A stretch of DNA of 64,000 nucleotides, taken from NCBI GenBank assembly GCA_013265495.1, contig MU058687.1, positions 1,798,001 to 1,862,000 of the forward strand. Direction: 5' to 3'. Shown here in pieces: positions 62,331 to 64,000 of the stretch; position 1 is the stretch's first letter, and every line of letters starts with the position of its first letter. The position numbers were made by a program, and so were the translations under genes. The DNA is from Vicugna vicugna. Lineage: Eukaryota. The notes beneath the pieces are model-generated. The model was not told the origin of the DNA and searched no databases. It was given only the letters and a program-made list of their open reading frames with translations.

Positions 62331-64000
62331 GTAATTCAAGATAAGGCTTTTCCATGTGCCAATGTCTTCCTTCTGTTGGTTTAAAAAAAAAAACTGATGA
62401 GCAATGTAGGAATAGTTTCTCAAAAGTTCACCAATGCCTCCACCTATGGCTTGGGTGGCTCATGAGGAATCAGCACGAGAGGAAAAGATGTTCTGAAGCC
62501 ATATGTTGGCTTTCTTTCAATTGAATGTTTCTCCGCAAAAATCTCTTTTGTAGTAGTATTTACATTCCGTGTTGCATATTAGCTCAGTAATTTCCCAAAG
62601 GGTCTAATTCCCAAGTACTGAAAAGCTAGCATTTTAAAGGTTTTTTTCCAAATATACTACTTCCTTGCTGTCGTAGACTTGGTGCATATATTAATCCTTC
62701 ATGATCTATCAAGACTTTCAAGGAATAAGTAACTTAAAGTTCTTACAAGAATGGTCTTAAGTTAGGTTGTTGGTGCTCTGGTTTGACAGTTTGTATGCAA
62801 AACAAGGTACACAAAAATCCTTGCTGTCATGGAACGTACTCTCGTGAAATATTGATTCCCTACTCACGGTCTATAAAATGACAAACTCCTGAGTATATGT
62901 ATAAAGGAACTGTATAAGTTTGTATTCCACTAGAGTATCAGTATGGCCCCAATTACAGAGAAAGAATGACTTCACAAAAAAGTCAGTCCATGAAGTGTTA
63001 GATTTTTCTTGATGATTCAGGATTATTATTAGAATCAGTTACCATGTTCTACATGTTCTGTTGGGCTGAATCCTTACTGATTCTGTGAGCTTCCCTGATA
63101 CTTGGTTATGTGAAGAAATAGCTTGTATCAGCTTTATCTTTTGTCATTTGCTCTTATAAAAATGTAGTATGTAGTGTGCATTTAGTTTGCACAAAATTAA
63201 TATTCACTCAAAGGCTAAGGCAGCATTTCCAAAAGTTTTTTTTCCTTCTAAACAAAACAATTATTATCCTATCTTTACTTGCATTTTCAACTACCATCCA
63301 GGTCTGGACAAATTTTACTTTTTCAGTATCATCACTTGATCATCTTTATCTGTGATAGCATGCTCTGCATGTTACATTTAATTCATTGTAATTGAGGAAT
63401 TGTAAGTGCAGGCGTTTCTGAAGTAGTTCTTTAGGTCATTTTTACTGAAGAAAAATCCTGACTTCTTATCTGTAGAAGGTGGAATGTAACAACACCACTC
63501 TGCCCTCAAGTAGACATTTCCTCATTTAGAAAGTCTTTGGAGGCATTTAGGCCAGTTTGCATTTTCACAATTGAAGACAGAAAAATATGGTTGAACAATA
63601 ATCAGTATTGAGACTGATTATTGCAAAAAACAAAGAGCTTTATTTGAGATCTTAAGAATTCCAATTCAGAAGACAAATTCTGGTAAAAAAAAAACAAAAG
63701 ATTGTTCCAGGGAAGAGAAATAGTCAAGGGCTTACAAAGGCAAAAGCCCCAAGGTTGTTCAAGAATTATGACTGACCCTGATGTAAGAAAGGAAATATCT
63801 GTCCTTAAAAGATAGTCTGTTAGGAGTTTTTTTAGGATAAGGGTCCAATAAATAAATAGGCTGTCACGAGTTATTTCAGAGTGTAAGGGTCCACTAAGTA
63901 CCCTGCATTTCTGGAACATTGGGCAGATGTTCTGGATGCCCACATTAAGACAAGAAGTGGTCCAAGTTCAGATTCCATCTGGACTGAGATGTGCAAAAGG

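Larger units (their letters stand above)
1..64000 (+). other. TTLL5: Internal (3') segment of the TTLL5 gene; both gene ends lie outside the window
   Basis: Three GT-AG exons splice in frame (phases 1/0, 0/2, 2/0) to give ...[45 protein letters not shown]...[21 protein letters not shown]...[10 protein letters not shown]. This matches the recalled C-terminal region of mammalian TTLL5. Confidence 0.96.

Noticed and set aside
62046-62423. 125-aa minus-strand ORF
   Set aside because: It is the antisense shadow of TTLL5 exon C. I recognise no homology and see no independent support.
1-64000. CRISPR array, operon, phage/defence system or NUMT
   Set aside because: The sequence is mammalian intron/exon DNA. 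I saw no regularly spaced repeat-spacer array, no dense ORFs and no mitochondrial-like segment.

Overview
Mammalian genomic DNA, almost certainly camelid (two Vic-1-type tRNA-derived SINEs), with 11 N-gaps. The window lies inside the 3' part of the TTLL5 gene (tubulin polyglutamylase / STAMP) on the + strand. It contains three consecutive, phase-compatible coding exons (1512-1696, 20040-20194, 62135-62330) separated by introns of 18.3 kb and 41.9 kb. The supplied ORF track shows only the first exon. The introns are mostly decayed repeats (L1, L2, MIR, L3/CR1, MaLR and ERV1 LTRs, hAT and Tigger DNA elements), plus a full-length RPS2 processed pseudogene and a 3'-truncated U2 snRNA pseudogene. 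I found no new protein-coding system and nothing prokaryotic. The best leads are: (i) an 'age-inverted' L2/MER53-bearing fragment captured inside a younger L1 with a fold-back junction; (ii) a ~150-bp local duplication whose two copies keep a hairpin with apparent compensatory changes; (iii) two candidate unannotated TTLL5 alternative exons. Gene and repeat-family names come from my recall of the protein and consensus sequences, not from database searches. Most repeat boundaries are approximate.
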